64,000 bases of DNA from Candidatus Omnitrophota bacterium (GCA_030695905.1 JAUYOL010000043.1:194561-258560), one strand, 5' to 3'; positions 1-10,980 are shown, counted from the first letter of the stretch. The notes: generated by a model from the letters alone, not told the origin. Numbers and translations: made by a program.

Positions 1-585
1 AACGGTTCCCTTTAAATTTTTCTTTCTTGCCGCCTCTACCAACTCTTTCAGGCCGGTCTTCTGCATGCTCGCTTTTATATGGTTATCTTTTATCAACACC
101 TGGTCATATAGACCCATACGATGATTCGAGCCGCCCCCTACGGAAACAGCGTACTTTTCAAGATATCTCAGAAGCGGATAGGTTTTACGCGTATCCATCA
201 CTTTCACGCCATAAGGCTTGGTCTTGTCGGCAAATTCTTTCGTCTTTGTGGCGATGCCGCTTAGGAACTCGAGAAAATTGAGCATTGCCCGCTCCGCCCT
301 TAAGATAGAACTGGTGTGCCCCTCAATAAAAACCAGCTCTTTATCCCTGCCGATAAAATCGCCGTCGTTGCAATTGGGCTTAAAACGCACACTATAATCT
401 ATCTGCGCCATAAGCCATTCTGCGATCTGCAGGCCGCATACCACGCAATCTTCCCTTGTGATTATGGTCGCTCGAGAACTTAAGAATTTATCTACAAGGA
501 CACCGGTAGTGATATCGCCCTTGCCGATATCTTCTTTAAGCGCAGACTTTATTATGGGTAATACTCTCTCTTTATCCAGCCGCAT
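1..585 (-). CDS. nadC: nicotinate-nucleotide (quinolinate) phosphoribosyltransferase, partial. N-terminus at 585; C-terminus runs off the window start
   Basis: Hand translation of the minus strand from the ATG at 583-585 gives MRLDKERVLPIIKSALKEDIGKGDITTG... and later MDTRKTYPLLRYLEKYAVSVGGGSNHRMGLYDQVLIKDNHI. These match the NadC DxGxGDxT and RKTxPGLR / GG..NHR..L.D..LIKDNH motifs. Confidence 0.8.
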   Translation of the reverse strand, partial: MRLDKERVLPIIKSALKEDIGKGDITTGVLVDKFLSSRATIITREDCVVCGLQIAEWLMAQIDYSVRFKPNCNDGDFIGRDKELVFIEGHTSSILRAERAMLNFLEFLSGIATKTKEFADKTKPYGVKVMDTRKTYPLLRYLEKYAVSVGGGSNHRMGLYDQVLIKDNHIKASMQKTGLKELVEAARKKNLKGTV

Positions 586-594
586 GATACATAT

Positions 595-879
595 CTACCT
601 TAATTCAAACGCTTCATCGCTCGCAGTTACAATAGGCATGCCCGTATTTTCATCATAGGTTTCCCACTTATCTACAACCATGTCATTGTCTGTATCGTAA
701 CCTCTTTTTACGACTTTGTTATCAACATCATATATATCCACACCGTCTATTTTGGCATCACCGTTCCTGTCGACCATTATCTGTTTTGTTGACATCTGTT
801 CATGCTGCGGAACCGCGAAGGCTGATCCGGCTAAAATAACACACAATACCGCGGCTACCAATACGACAAACTTCTTCAT
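595..879 (-). CDS. small secreted protein with two EF-hand-like Ca-binding loops
   Basis: 94-aa ORF with an N-terminal signal peptide (MKKFVVLVAAVLCVILAGSAFA). Acidic loops DRNGDAKIDGVD and DTDNDMVVDKWE fit the 12-residue EF-hand loop pattern. Confidence 0.5.
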   Translation of the reverse strand: MKKFVVLVAAVLCVILAGSAFAVPQHEQMSTKQIMVDRNGDAKIDGVDIYDVDNKVVKRGYDTDNDMVVDKWETYDENTGMPIVTASDEAFELR

Positions 880-894
880 GCTTCCTCCTTGTTT

Positions 895-3534
895 TTATTC
901 TATATTCTTCAGGTTGTCTTTCAGTTTTTTGATCTGCAGTTCCAATTCCGTTTTTCTTGCCCTTTGTCTTTCAACGACTTCTTCCGGCGCCTTACCGGTA
1001 AAATTTTTATCTTTAAGGCGCGCGGATATCGATTTTATCTCGCAGGCTATCCTGTCCTCTTCTTTTTCAAGCCTCTGGGCCTCTTTATCGAAATCTATAA
1101 GGCCTTCCAGCGGAATATATATTTCGGATTTACCCACAATCGCCGCGGCGGAACTTTTCGGCTTCTGCACCCTGCCCACGGTAAGCTCCGAGAGCCTTGA
1201 AAGTCTTTTTATGAACTCTGTATTATCACATAAAAACTCATCTTCTTTCTTATCATGGATATTCACAAAAGCCTTCATTTCAAGCCTCGGCTCGATGTTC
1301 CATACGGACCTGATATTTCTTATCGCTGTAATCATGTCAATAAGGCGCTTCATTTCGGTTTCGCACTTCTCGGATATGATATCTTTCTGTATATGCGGCC
1401 ATGGCTGGATCATTATCGAATCACCCTTAGAATCTTTCGGCCGTGGTATCTGCTGCCATATCTCCTCTGTAATAAAAGGCATAAACGGGTGCAGCATTCT
1501 TAGCGATTTTTCCAGCACTTTATACAGCACTACTTGGGTCGTCTTTTCGGTAATCGCTGCCTTGGCTATCTCTATATACCAATCGCAGAACTCGTGCCAG
1601 ACAAAATCATAAATACTATTTGCCGCCTCATTGAACTTATATTCATCCAGGCACTTCTCCACATCCCTGATAGTAGAGTATAGACGTGAAAGGATCCACC
1701 TTTCCGGAAGAGGCAGGTTTTCTGCCTTAAAAAATACACACAGATCTACGTTAATATCATCTTCTTCAAGATTCATCATTATGAATCTTGACGCGTTCCA
1801 CAGTTTATTGGCAAAATTTCGGCCAAGCTCGAATTTGCTCTCTGATAAAAATACGTCCTGACCCTGGGCCGTTATCGATACTATACTGAAACGAAGCGCG
1901 TCGGTGCCATACTTGGCTATCATGTCCAATGGGTCTATGACATTACCCAGAGACTTGGACATCTTGGTTCCGGTTACGTCTCGCACAGTCCCATGTATAT
2001 AGACATCTTTAAAAGGTATACCACCCATAAACTCCATACCGGCCATTATCATGCGGGCTACCCAGAAAAATATTATCTCCTGCGCGGTAACTAACGAATT
2101 CGTCGGATAAAAATATCTTAAGTCCGGGGTTTCTTTAGGCCATCCGAATGTTGAAAAAGGCCACAGCCAGGAAGAGAACCATGTATCCAGAACGTCCGGG
2201 TCTTGTTCTATCCTCACAGAGCCGCATTTTACACATGTTTCGGGCCTGGCCTTCGCCACCATTATTTCGTTACAGTCACGGCAATAATATACCGGTATGC
2301 GGTGCCCCCACCAGATCTGTCTTGATATGCACCAGTCGCGTATGTTATTCATCCAGTCCAGATAAACCTTGGTCCATCGATCCGGATGAAATTTAATCTT
2401 ACCTTTTTTGACGGCTTCGATGGCAGGTTTTGCCAAGGGCTTCATCTTCACGAACCACTGCGGTGAGAGCCGCGGCTCAACCATCGTGTGGCAACGATAA
2501 CAGTGACCTACCGCGTGCCTGTGCGCCTCTGACTTTATAAAGAGCCCGCGATCCTTTAAGTCCTCTATTATGGCTTCACGCGCTTCCAGCCTATCCATGC
2601 CATGATAATCCGTATCCGGCAGGTTTATCGTCGCGTCTTCGTGCATCACGTTTATCTGCCCCAGGCCGTATTTCTGCCCTAATTCGAAGTCCACAGGGTC
2701 GTGCGCAGGCGTTACTTTAAGCGCCCCTGTGCCGAACTTCATATCGACCAAAGGATCGAATATCACCTTTAGCTCTCTATTCAGTATCGGCAATAAAATT
2801 GTTTTATCTTTTAATTCTTTATAACGCTTGTCTTTGGGGTTCACCGCTACAGCGACATCGCCCAGCATAGTCTCGGGCCTCGTCGTCGCTACCACAACAA
2901 ATTCTTTCGATCCCTTTATTGGATATTTTATGTGGTAAAGCATCCCTTCTATGTCTTTATGCTGCGACTCTTCGTCTGATAGAGCCGTCTGGCAGCGAGG
3001 GCACCAATTTATTATATAGTTGCCTCTATATATGAGCCCTTTTTCGTATAATTTTACGAATACTTCCAATACCGCTTCCGAAAGCCCTTCATCCATTGTA
3101 AAACGTGTTCGCTGCCAATCGCATGAACATCCGAGCTTCTTAAGCTGCCTTATTATGGTGGAGCCATACTCTTCGCGCCACTTCCATACCTCTTCTATAA
3201 ACTTATCCCGGCCGAGATCCTGGCGCTTCATGCCGCCTTTGGCAAGCTTCTTCTCAACAACATTCTGCGTGGCAATTCCGGCATGATCGGTTCCAGGCAT
3301 CCATTCAGCCTCAAAGCCCTGCATGCGTTTAAAGCGTATTAATATGTCCTGTATTGTATTATTTAGAGCGTGGCCCATATGAAGGATTCCGGTAATATTG
3401 GGAGGGGGTATGACTATCGAATATGGCTTCTTTTTGGGATCGGGTTTGCCAGAAAAAAAACCCTTCTCTTCCCACATCTTGTATATAGAGTCCTCGATGA
3501 CCTGAGGATTATATGCCTTTGGCAATTCTCTCAT
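895..3534 (-). CDS. valS: valine--tRNA ligase
   Basis: 879 aa. Class I HIGH-type motif (PPPNITGILHMGHALN), KMSKS motif (KMSKSLGN), and the C-terminal coiled coil typical of ValRS. Confidence 0.95.
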   Translation of the reverse strand: MRELPKAYNPQVIEDSIYKMWEEKGFFSGKPDPKKKPYSIVIPPPNITGILHMGHALNNTIQDILIRFKRMQGFEAEWMPGTDHAGIATQNVVEKKLAKGGMKRQDLGRDKFIEEVWKWREEYGSTIIRQLKKLGCSCDWQRTRFTMDEGLSEAVLEVFVKLYEKGLIYRGNYIINWCPRCQTALSDEESQHKDIEGMLYHIKYPIKGSKEFVVVATTRPETMLGDVAVAVNPKDKRYKELKDKTILLPILNRELKVIFDPLVDMKFGTGALKVTPAHDPVDFELGQKYGLGQINVMHEDATINLPDTDYHGMDRLEAREAIIEDLKDRGLFIKSEAHRHAVGHCYRCHTMVEPRLSPQWFVKMKPLAKPAIEAVKKGKIKFHPDRWTKVYLDWMNNIRDWCISRQIWWGHRIPVYYCRDCNEIMVAKARPETCVKCGSVRIEQDPDVLDTWFSSWLWPFSTFGWPKETPDLRYFYPTNSLVTAQEIIFFWVARMIMAGMEFMGGIPFKDVYIHGTVRDVTGTKMSKSLGNVIDPLDMIAKYGTDALRFSIVSITAQGQDVFLSESKFELGRNFANKLWNASRFIMMNLEEDDINVDLCVFFKAENLPLPERWILSRLYSTIRDVEKCLDEYKFNEAANSIYDFVWHEFCDWYIEIAKAAITEKTTQVVLYKVLEKSLRMLHPFMPFITEEIWQQIPRPKDSKGDSIMIQPWPHIQKDIISEKCETEMKRLIDMITAIRNIRSVWNIEPRLEMKAFVNIHDKKEDEFLCDNTEFIKRLSRLSELTVGRVQKPKSSAAAIVGKSEIYIPLEGLIDFDKEAQRLEKEEDRIACEIKSISARLKDKNFTGKAPEEVVERQRARKTELELQIKKLKDNLKNIE

Positions 3535-3539
3535 TATGG

Positions 3540-3965
3540 CTAACCGCTTATGTACTTGTTCAATAATGCCATCGCTTTTTCGTTGTCACTGGTCTGGAGC
3601 ACCATTCTTGAAGAGCCTTTGGTATCGCATGTGCACGGAGTTATATATGTATATTTTATATCTATGTTGTTCTCTTTCATCTCTGTGGCCACTACCTTAA
3701 ACGCGCCGGGTTTATTTTCCAGATCGACTAAAAGAACCTCTGTCTCTTTTACCATCTTATACTTCTTTTTCTTAAGCTCATTGATAATAACCAGATTTGC
3801 ATTCGTAATAAGAAAGACTTTGCCGGTGATGCCCGCTTCATAACCAAGGACGGCCTCGATATTTATACCTTTATTGGCGAGCATCATGGCGACGTCGGCC
3901 AATATACCGACCTTGTTCCTGGTCGTTATCGTTATCTCTTCACCTATCATGATGTTCTTTATCAT
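3540..3965 (-). CDS. ACT domain-containing protein (tandem ACT-like halves)
   Basis: 141 aa. The VGILADVAMMLANKGINIE pattern is typical of ACT regulatory folds. No catalytic domain. Confidence 0.55.
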   Translation of the reverse strand: MIKNIMIGEEITITTRNKVGILADVAMMLANKGINIEAVLGYEAGITGKVFLITNANLVIINELKKKKYKMVKETEVLLVDLENKPGAFKVVATEMKENNIDIKYTYITPCTCDTKGSSRMVLQTSDNEKAMALLNKYISG

Positions 3966-3975
3966 AATAGCTCCT

Positions 3976-4413
3976 TTACTTGATTGCCTGTTGTTCCTCT
4001 TTCAGGGCCTGGGACTGGTCCGGGCCCTTTAATTTTTCCGATATCTTCTTTGAAACAAACGCGGCGAGATCCGCGTTGCCGGAAGCGACATCTACCTGCG
4101 ACTTATCAGCCTCCCAGGCCGTAACCAGTATCCCGACCTGCGTCGTATCTATAGAAGAACGGAACGAGCCCTGCAGATTATCGGCTACTATAAATTTCTG
4201 CTTCGTATTTTCACGGACAATCGCCTTCATATCGGAAAGCATCTCTTTTATTTTGGCAACACACACATCGCTTGATATATCATATTGCTGCGTTTGCCTG
4301 GTCTTGGAATTTTTCACGTCGGCGATCGATATGCCCAATATCTCCTGCCTCAACTGCGCACCAGAACATCCGCACAATCCCAAAACCAGCAGTATCGCTA
4401 TTATTTTCTTCAT
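3976..4413 (-). CDS. lipoprotein. The ORF caller extends it to 4509, but the likely true start is MKKIIAILLVLGLCGCSG at about 4413
   Basis: Lipobox LGLCGC after a short positive n-region. The longer caller ORF overlaps the cimA 3' end out of frame. Confidence 0.55.
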   Translation of the reverse strand: MKKIIAILLVLGLCGCSGAQLRQEILGISIADVKNSKTRQTQQYDISSDVCVAKIKEMLSDMKAIVRENTKQKFIVADNLQGSFRSSIDTTQVGILVTAWEADKSQVDVASGNADLAAFVSKKISEKLKGPDQSQALKEEQQAIK

Positions 4414-5999
4414 TTTTTTGAATCCTTTAACAGTTTGTATTCTATAGAATCGACAAGGGCGAACCAGGATGCTTCGATAACGTTTTCTGACACTCCAATG
4501 GTCCACCATGAATCATCTTTATCCTGCGACTGAATGAGAACGCGCACGCGCGCGGCGGTGCCCTCTTTCTCGTCCAGGACCCTGACCTTATAATCGATGA
4601 GATGCATCTGGGCCAATCGAGGATAGAATTTTTTAAGTGCTTTACGCAAAGCGCTGTCAAGCGCGTTTACAGGCCCGTCGCCAAGCGATGCGGTGTGCTC
4701 GAGCTCCTTACCCACTTTAAGCTTAATTGTCGCCTCACTCAACATTTTGCCGCCTTTATTCTTCTCCATGATTACACGGAAACTCTCAAGCTCAAAAAAA
4801 TCCTTGAATGTCTTCATTACGCGCTTTATCAGAAGTTCGAGCGAGGCTTCGGCAGCTTCAAAATGATAGCCGCGGTTCTCCATCTCCTGCAGAACTTTTA
4901 AGATCGCCTTCGATTTTTCCGCGTCTTTGCCCAAGTCGAGATTAAGATCCTGCGCCTTCTTGATAATGGTAGACTTGCCGGATAGTTCGGATATCAAAAG
5001 CCGCCTATGGTTGCCCACTCTGGCGGGATCGACGTGTTCATAAGTCTTTGGATTTTTCAAAATGGCATTTACGTGGACACCGGCCTTATGGGCAAACGCG
5101 CTATTCCCCGCGAAAGGCTGGTTGTCCTGTAATTTCATATTGGAAATTTCAGCGACAAAGTGGGCTATTTCGGTTAACTCCCTTAACGCAAAATCGGATA
5201 CGCAATTAATGCCGAGTTTCAGTTTAAGGTTAGCGATGATCGAAACAAGGTTGGCGTTCCCGCACCTTTCGCCATAACCGTTGATGGTGCCGTGCGCCTG
5301 GACGCAGCCGGCCTGAATAGCGGCTACGGAATTCGCTACAGCCATTTCGATATCATTGTGCGCATGTATACCAAGAGGTGTTTTAATGACCAGCTTAACC
5401 TCTTTGACTATCTCAAATACCTGGCTCGTTATAGTGCCGCCATTTGTATCGCACAAAATGATCCTCGCCGCGCCCGCGTCTTGGGCGGCTTTTAACGTCT
5501 TTAAAGCGTATTCTTTATTACCCTTGTAACCGTCAAAAAAGTGTTCGGCATCATAAAACACGGTCTTACCTTTTGACTTCAAGAATTTAACGGAGTCCGA
5601 TATCATCTTAAGGTTTTCGCCCAGATCGACCTTAAAGACGTCCCTTACATGAAGATCCCATGATTTGCCGAAAATAGTTACATATTTAGTACCAGCTGAC
5701 AAAAGTCCTTTCAGAATCTTATCAGAGCCAGCCTTGGATTTTGCGTAACGCGTAGAGCCAAACGCGACAATATGCGAATTCTTCAGCTTAAGGCTCTTCG
5801 CCTTCTTAAAAAATTCCATATCTTTAGGATTAGCTCCGGGCCAGCCCCCTTCGATAAAATCCACGCCAAGCTCGTCGAGTTTTTCACAGATCTTTAGCTT
5901 GTCGGCGACAGAAAAGGAGATGCCTTCGGATTGAGCGCCATCCCTTAAAGTCGTATCATAAAGTTCTATCTTGGCCATCTGATCCTCTTTAAATTCCAA
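4410..5999 (-). CDS. cimA: (R)-citramalate synthase / LeuA-family alpha-isopropylmalate-synthase-like enzyme
   Basis: 529 aa. N-terminal LYDTTLRDGAQSEGISFS (HMGL-like TIM barrel, with DGAQ rather than the LeuA DGEQ) and a C-terminal LeuA-dimer regulatory domain. The length fits the CimA subfamily. Confidence 0.7.
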   Translation of the reverse strand: MEFKEDQMAKIELYDTTLRDGAQSEGISFSVADKLKICEKLDELGVDFIEGGWPGANPKDMEFFKKAKSLKLKNSHIVAFGSTRYAKSKAGSDKILKGLLSAGTKYVTIFGKSWDLHVRDVFKVDLGENLKMISDSVKFLKSKGKTVFYDAEHFFDGYKGNKEYALKTLKAAQDAGAARIILCDTNGGTITSQVFEIVKEVKLVIKTPLGIHAHNDIEMAVANSVAAIQAGCVQAHGTINGYGERCGNANLVSIIANLKLKLGINCVSDFALRELTEIAHFVAEISNMKLQDNQPFAGNSAFAHKAGVHVNAILKNPKTYEHVDPARVGNHRRLLISELSGKSTIIKKAQDLNLDLGKDAEKSKAILKVLQEMENRGYHFEAAEASLELLIKRVMKTFKDFFELESFRVIMEKNKGGKMLSEATIKLKVGKELEHTASLGDGPVNALDSALRKALKKFYPRLAQMHLIDYKVRVLDEKEGTAARVRVLIQSQDKDDSWWTIGVSENVIEASWFALVDSIEYKLLKDSKK

Positions 6000-6006
6000 A
6001 TCACAA

Positions 6007-7236
6007 TTATTTCTTCGCTTTATTTAACCTGAACTTTGCGTGAATTGCCCTTACGGCTGCTTCGCCCATATTCTTTTTTACAACGCATGATATCTTTATT
6101 TCGCTGGTAGATATCATCTCTATATTGATGCCTTCCGCGGCCAGGGCTTCGAACATATCTGCGGCAACACCGGAGTGGCTTCTCATTCCTATACCGACTA
6201 TAGAAACCTTAGCGATATCCTTATCCACGGTAACATCACCCGCGCCTACCTTCGCCGAAACTTCTTTCGCGCATTTTATCGTCTTATTGAGCTCGGTACC
6301 CATAACGGTAAAAGATAAGTCGGTCGCGCCCGTCCTCGAGACGTTCTGGATGATCATATCGACATTGATGTTATTTTTGGCTATATACTTGAATATTTTG
6401 GCCGCAATACCCGGCTTGTCCGGAACATCGCAGATAGTGACTTTTGCCTCGTCTTTATTTAACGCCACACCGGAAACCACCATATGCTCCATAGCCTTTA
6501 CCTCCCTGGAAATTATAGTACCTGTCTTTTCGGAAAAACTCGACCTTACGTGTATGGGGACGCCAAACTTCATCGCGAATTCTATTGAGCGCGGCTGCAG
6601 CACCTGGGCGCCCAATGAAGCGAGCTCAAACATCTCTTCATAACTTATCTTCTCTATCTTTCTTGCGTCTTTTGCAATTCTTGGATCCGTGGTAAATACA
6701 CCCTCGACATCGGTATACATCTCACACATCTTCGCGTTCAAAACTTTCGCAAGCGCGACAGCGGTAAGATTGGACCCTCCGCGGCCTAAAGTGGTTATAT
6801 CCTGGTTAACGTTCATGCCCTGGAAGCCGGCGACTATTACTATCCTGCCTCTTTTAAGCTCTTTCACTATTCGCTTGGCGTCAATATCGATTATGCGCGC
6901 CTTAGTATAGGAGTTATCGGTGATGATCCCTACCTGGGAGCCCGTAAAAGATATCGCGTCTTTACCCAGCTTATGGGTAGCCATGGCCAGAAGAGCGCAT
7001 GACACCTGCTCGCCGGTAGACAAAAGCATGTCGAGCTCTCTATCGGGCGGGTTCATAGAGATCTTCAGGGCCATATCCATCAGATTATCCGTGGTATCGC
7101 CCAATGCGGATACTATGACAACAACATCGTATCCGGCCTTAGCCGTCTTGACGACTCTTTTCGCGACATTCTGGATCCTTGAAATATCCGCGACGCTCGT
7201 CCCGCCGTACTTTTGAACAATAATGCCTTTAGACAT
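6007..7236 (-). CDS. lysC: aspartate kinase
   Basis: 409 aa. N-terminal KYGGTSVADISRIQNVAKRV kinase motif and two C-terminal ACT domains. Confidence 0.9.
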   Translation of the reverse strand: MSKGIIVQKYGGTSVADISRIQNVAKRVVKTAKAGYDVVVIVSALGDTTDNLMDMALKISMNPPDRELDMLLSTGEQVSCALLAMATHKLGKDAISFTGSQVGIITDNSYTKARIIDIDAKRIVKELKRGRIVIVAGFQGMNVNQDITTLGRGGSNLTAVALAKVLNAKMCEMYTDVEGVFTTDPRIAKDARKIEKISYEEMFELASLGAQVLQPRSIEFAMKFGVPIHVRSSFSEKTGTIISREVKAMEHMVVSGVALNKDEAKVTICDVPDKPGIAAKIFKYIAKNNINVDMIIQNVSRTGATDLSFTVMGTELNKTIKCAKEVSAKVGAGDVTVDKDIAKVSIVGIGMRSHSGVAADMFEALAAEGINIEMISTSEIKISCVVKKNMGEAAVRAIHAKFRLNKAKK

Positions 7237-7238
7237 AT

Positions 7239-8459
7239 CTATCCCGTAACCTCTTTAGTTTTAATCAGCGCGCTCGTCAATGCGGCGCCCGATTTAAATA
7301 TTATATTACTCAGCTTGGCATTCGCCTCACTGAAGGTTGCAAAGCCATTATGAGAAACGCCCTTGCCTGCCATAACAAAAGGCGCCGGATCCGAGACATG
7401 CGTCCTTACAGCCACCGGCGTGGCATGGTCCGACAAAACCATTATTCTGAAATCGTCCGTCTCCTTCAGGTAATTCCATACCGCACCCACAACATATCTA
7501 TCAAAATTTTCTATAGCGGTAATTTTTGCCCTCACATCCCCGTTGTGCCCTGCTTCATCAGGAGCTTCAACATGTACAAATATAAAATCTCTCTTCTTTA
7601 AGGAATTAACCGCGCACTCGCCCTTACCCTGATAGTTGGTGTCATAATATCCGGTAGCGCCCGGAACATCTATAAGCTCAAGGCCTGTGAGCCTGCCTAA
7701 ACCATTAACAAGATCTACGGCGGAAATGACAGACCCATCCATGCCAAACATGCCTTTGAAGCTGGGCATATTGGGATTTGTCCCCTGGCCCCACAACCAT
7801 ATCATATTCGCGGGATTCTCTTTAAGGTCGACCCTGACTCTGTTTATTTCATGTTTTTCCAAAAGAGATTTTGAATTTTCCATTAATTTCATAAGAATCC
7901 CTGCGCCCTTGCCCTTAGGAAGATGCTTACCTATGCCCTTGCCGGTTATATCGTGCGGCGGTGTGCAGGAAGTCTTCATAAGGTCATTTAGATCATCGCG
8001 CGATCTCGTCTTTATTACTACGAGATTTCTGTAGCTTTTACCATGATAAAATTTTATCTTATCGCTTCCTAATTTTTTATCCAGAAATTCCATCAGTATC
8101 TTTGACTCATTGTCCCTGATGTGCCCGGAACTATAATCGGCCATCGTATCATTGTTAGCCGTTATAAGATTGCACCTAAAAGCCACTTCGTTTTCGGCTA
8201 TCTCTACGCCTATATTTGCCGCTTCAAGAGGTCCGCGCCCCGTATAGTATGCCTTCGGGTCATATCCTAAAATTGAAAGATTCGCGACATCGCTCGCGGG
8301 CTTCATGCCGCGCGGCACGGTCTTCACAAGGCCTATCATGCCTTTTTTGGCGATCTGGTTCATGTTGGGGATCTTCGCTACATCAAGCGGGGTCTTCTTG
8401 CCCAACTCTTCTATCGGATAATCGCTCATCCCGTCGCCGACTAAAATAGCTACTTTCAA
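7239..8459 (-). CDS. cofactor-independent phosphoglycerate mutase (ApgM/iPGM-like) homolog. Probable non-orthologous homoserine kinase in the thr operon
   Basis: 406 aa, starting [25 protein letters not shown], typical of archaeal-type iPGM/ApgM. Sits between thrC and lysC with 1-4 nt junctions. Confidence 0.8.
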   Translation of the reverse strand: MKVAILVGDGMSDYPIEELGKKTPLDVAKIPNMNQIAKKGMIGLVKTVPRGMKPASDVANLSILGYDPKAYYTGRGPLEAANIGVEIAENEVAFRCNLITANNDTMADYSSGHIRDNESKILMEFLDKKLGSDKIKFYHGKSYRNLVVIKTRSRDDLNDLMKTSCTPPHDITGKGIGKHLPKGKGAGILMKLMENSKSLLEKHEINRVRVDLKENPANMIWLWGQGTNPNMPSFKGMFGMDGSVISAVDLVNGLGRLTGLELIDVPGATGYYDTNYQGKGECAVNSLKKRDFIFVHVEAPDEAGHNGDVRAKITAIENFDRYVVGAVWNYLKETDDFRIMVLSDHATPVAVRTHVSDPAPFVMAGKGVSHNGFATFSEANAKLSNIIFKSGAALTSALIKTKEVTG

Positions 8460-9514
8460 CCCTCTATCTCCTTCAGTATCTTGTCCAATTTTGGTTCCAG
8501 AACCTTCGGTTTCTCAACGCTTGCAATCGCCCTGTCCGGGTCTTTCAGTCCATGGCCGGTGAGCACACATACGATTTTTATTTTTCCGGCCCCTTTGAAA
8601 TATTCTTTTTTAGCAAGCTTCAAGATTCCCGCGACGCTTGCCGCGCTTGCGGGCTCGGCGAATACGCCTTCTTTTTCCGCGAGCAGCTTATACGCGGCGA
8701 GTATCTCATCATCAGTAACGCTGTCTATCAATCCGCCCGAAGCATCCCGCGCGGCCTCGGCTTGTTTCCAACTGGCGGGATTTCCTATCCTTATCGCCGT
8801 CGCTATCGTTTTCGGATCTTTTACCGGATGGCCCAGCACTATCGGAGCCGCGCCATGCGCCTGGAATCCAAGCATTTTGGGTAATTTCTTCGAAATACCG
8901 GCGTCTTTATATTCTCTGTAACCTTTCCAATAAGCGGTTATATTACCCGCGTTGCCGACCGGTATAGCGTGAAAATCCGGAGCGTCGCCCAAACAATCGC
9001 ATATCTCAAACGCGCCGCTCTTTTGCCCTTCTATCCTGTAAGGGTTTATAGAATTCACAAGAGTAATCGGATATTTAGCCGTAATATCACGTACCAAATT
9101 TAACGCATCATCAAAATTTCCTTTAATAGCCAGCACCTTCGCGCCATGTATAAGCGCCTGCGATAATTTCCCTAAAGCGATCGCGCCTTCGGGGATCAGG
9201 ACGATACATCTGATTCCCGCCCTGGCAGAATAGGCCGCCGCTGAGGCGGAAGTATTGCCGGTAGAAGCGCACATGACGGCTTTTGAGCCCTCTTCCATCG
9301 CTTTTGAAATGGCCATACACATACCGCGGTCCTTGAACGAGCCCGTCGGATTAAGGCCTTCGTATTTTAGGTGGACTTCCGCTCCTTCGCCGATAAGAGC
9401 GCTGATGTGAGATGCGTAAATAAGCGGCGTATTGCCTTCGTTCAAGCTTATTACCGGAGTCTTCGCGGATACCGGAAGAAATTTCCTATACTCTTCGATC
9501 ACGCCTTTCCACAT
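8456..9514 (-). CDS. thrC: threonine synthase
   Basis: 352 aa, PLP fold type II. Contains the FKDRGM PLP-lysine motif and [15 protein letters not shown]. Confidence 0.9.
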   Translation of the reverse strand: MWKGVIEEYRKFLPVSAKTPVISLNEGNTPLIYASHISALIGEGAEVHLKYEGLNPTGSFKDRGMCMAISKAMEEGSKAVMCASTGNTSASAAAYSARAGIRCIVLIPEGAIALGKLSQALIHGAKVLAIKGNFDDALNLVRDITAKYPITLVNSINPYRIEGQKSGAFEICDCLGDAPDFHAIPVGNAGNITAYWKGYREYKDAGISKKLPKMLGFQAHGAAPIVLGHPVKDPKTIATAIRIGNPASWKQAEAARDASGGLIDSVTDDEILAAYKLLAEKEGVFAEPASAASVAGILKLAKKEYFKGAGKIKIVCVLTGHGLKDPDRAIASVEKPKVLEPKLDKILKEIEG

Positions 9515-9515
9515 A

Positions 9516-10805
9516 TTATCCCTCTATTCTCACTCTGACAGTTTTTTTCTTTATCGCGCTTAGGGCGTCTATCTCTTTGAGCGCTCTTGCCATATCGCGC
9601 TCAAGCGCCTCGTGAGTAATCATTACTATAGGCACAACCTTTGAGGCCATCCTGGCCTTCTGTGTAACGGTCGCTATGCTTATATTATTTTTACCCAATA
9701 TGCCGGATATCCTCGCAAGCACGCCGGGCTTGTCTATCGCTGAGAATCTTACATAATATCTGGTCCTGACATCATATATCTTTTTTATACCTTCCACATC
9801 TTTTTTAAAACTTATCGGCGTGGCTATCTTACCGCAGCACGAAACCTGCTGGGCAATGTTTACAATATCGCCGACAACGGCGCTTGAGGTGGGTTTCGCG
9901 CCGGCGCCCTCGCCGTAGAATAGGTTTTCTCCGATGAGATCACCTTTCACGAATATAGCGTTATAAACACCGTTAACAGTCGCCAGCATATGTGATTTTG
10001 GTATCAGCGTCGGATGAACGCGTAATTCTAAAGCCGGGCCGGCCCTTTTGGCTATAGCCAACAGCTTAACCGCGTATCCAAATTCTTTGGCGTATCTGAT
10101 ATCACATGGCTCGATATCTGAAATCCCTTCAGTGTATATATCGCCCGGCTTTGCGGGAATACCAAACCCGAGCAGCGCAAGAATGGCGAGCTTGTGGTTT
10201 GAATCCATCCCGCTTATATCAAGATACGGATCTTTCTCCGCATAACCTTTTTGCTGCGCTATAGAGAGAGCATCCTTAAATTTTAATCCGTCTTCATCCA
10301 TCTTTGAAAGAATGAAGTTACTCGTTCCGTTTACTATGCCGTATATCATTTCAAATTTATTCGCGATAAATCCGTCTTTTAAGGACTTTATGATGGGGAT
10401 ACCTCCGCCCACACTTGCCTCGAAGCCGACAGTAAGCCCAAGCGTATTAGCCAGGCTGAATATTTCATATCCGCTGTCAGCAAGTAACGCTTTATTGGCA
10501 CTGACCACGCATTTACCACGCCTCAAGGATTCGAGTATTATATCTTTGGCCGGCCTTAATCCGCCCATAAGCTCGATGACAACATGAATACTGGGATCGT
10601 AAAGGACTTTTCCTAAAGATTTTGTAAGCACCGACTTTTTTACCTTTACGGGACGTTTGGATTTAATATCCTTGTCGCATATCCTGACTATGCGGATATC
10701 GACGCCGCCCTTGTCTTTCAATAGCTTGCTTCTCGACTGCAGCGCGCTTACCACGCCCGCGCCAATCTTGCCGAATCCTATTAATCCTACATTTATTTTT
10801 TTCAT
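9516..10805 (-). CDS. hom: homoserine dehydrogenase
   Basis: 429 aa. N-terminal NAD(P)-binding [11 protein letters not shown], a catalytic domain and a C-terminal ACT domain. Confidence 0.9.
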   Translation of the reverse strand: MKKINVGLIGFGKIGAGVVSALQSRSKLLKDKGGVDIRIVRICDKDIKSKRPVKVKKSVLTKSLGKVLYDPSIHVVIELMGGLRPAKDIILESLRRGKCVVSANKALLADSGYEIFSLANTLGLTVGFEASVGGGIPIIKSLKDGFIANKFEMIYGIVNGTSNFILSKMDEDGLKFKDALSIAQQKGYAEKDPYLDISGMDSNHKLAILALLGFGIPAKPGDIYTEGISDIEPCDIRYAKEFGYAVKLLAIAKRAGPALELRVHPTLIPKSHMLATVNGVYNAIFVKGDLIGENLFYGEGAGAKPTSSAVVGDIVNIAQQVSCCGKIATPISFKKDVEGIKKIYDVRTRYYVRFSAIDKPGVLARISGILGKNNISIATVTQKARMASKVVPIVMITHEALERDMARALKEIDALSAIKKKTVRVRIEG

Positions 10806-10837
10806 GCATTTCCCTCTATACGCTATATACTAAAATA

Positions 10838-10915
10838 TGGTCGGGACGGGCGGATTTGAACCGCCGACCCCTTGCACCCCAAGCAAGTGCTCTAGCCGGG
10901 CTGAGCCACGTCCCG
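10838..10915 (-). tRNA. tRNA-Pro (anticodon GGG), CCA encoded
   Basis: Cloverleaf folded by hand from the reverse complement. Acceptor CGGGACG/CGTCCCG, D-stem GCTC/GAGC, anticodon stem CTTGC/GCAAG with loop TTGGGGT (anticodon GGG), T-arm GGCGG-TTCAAAT-CCGCC, discriminator A, then CCA. Confidence 0.9.
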
Positions 10916-10980
10916 CCAAATAAGTTTAGCCTATATACTACAATAGACAGATATTATATCAAATTAGGCTATATATGCAA

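Noticed and set aside
716-1612. 298-aa plus-strand ORF, along with other long plus-strand ORFs inside valS, lysC, murA, polA, secDF, the giant gene and others
   Set aside because: All lie antisense within confidently identified minus-strand genes and have no recognisable protein features. They are typical shadow ORFs
4442-4660. 72-aa minus-strand ORF, and the 3976..4509 extension of the lipoprotein gene
   Set aside because: Both overlap the cimA 3' end out of frame. The lipoprotein has a proper signal-peptide start at about 4413
10838-10915. tRNA gene as a possible integration site for a mobile element
   Set aside because: No integrase, transposase, direct repeat of the tRNA 3' end or phage-like genes flank it. 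Neighbours are gpsA and the thr operon
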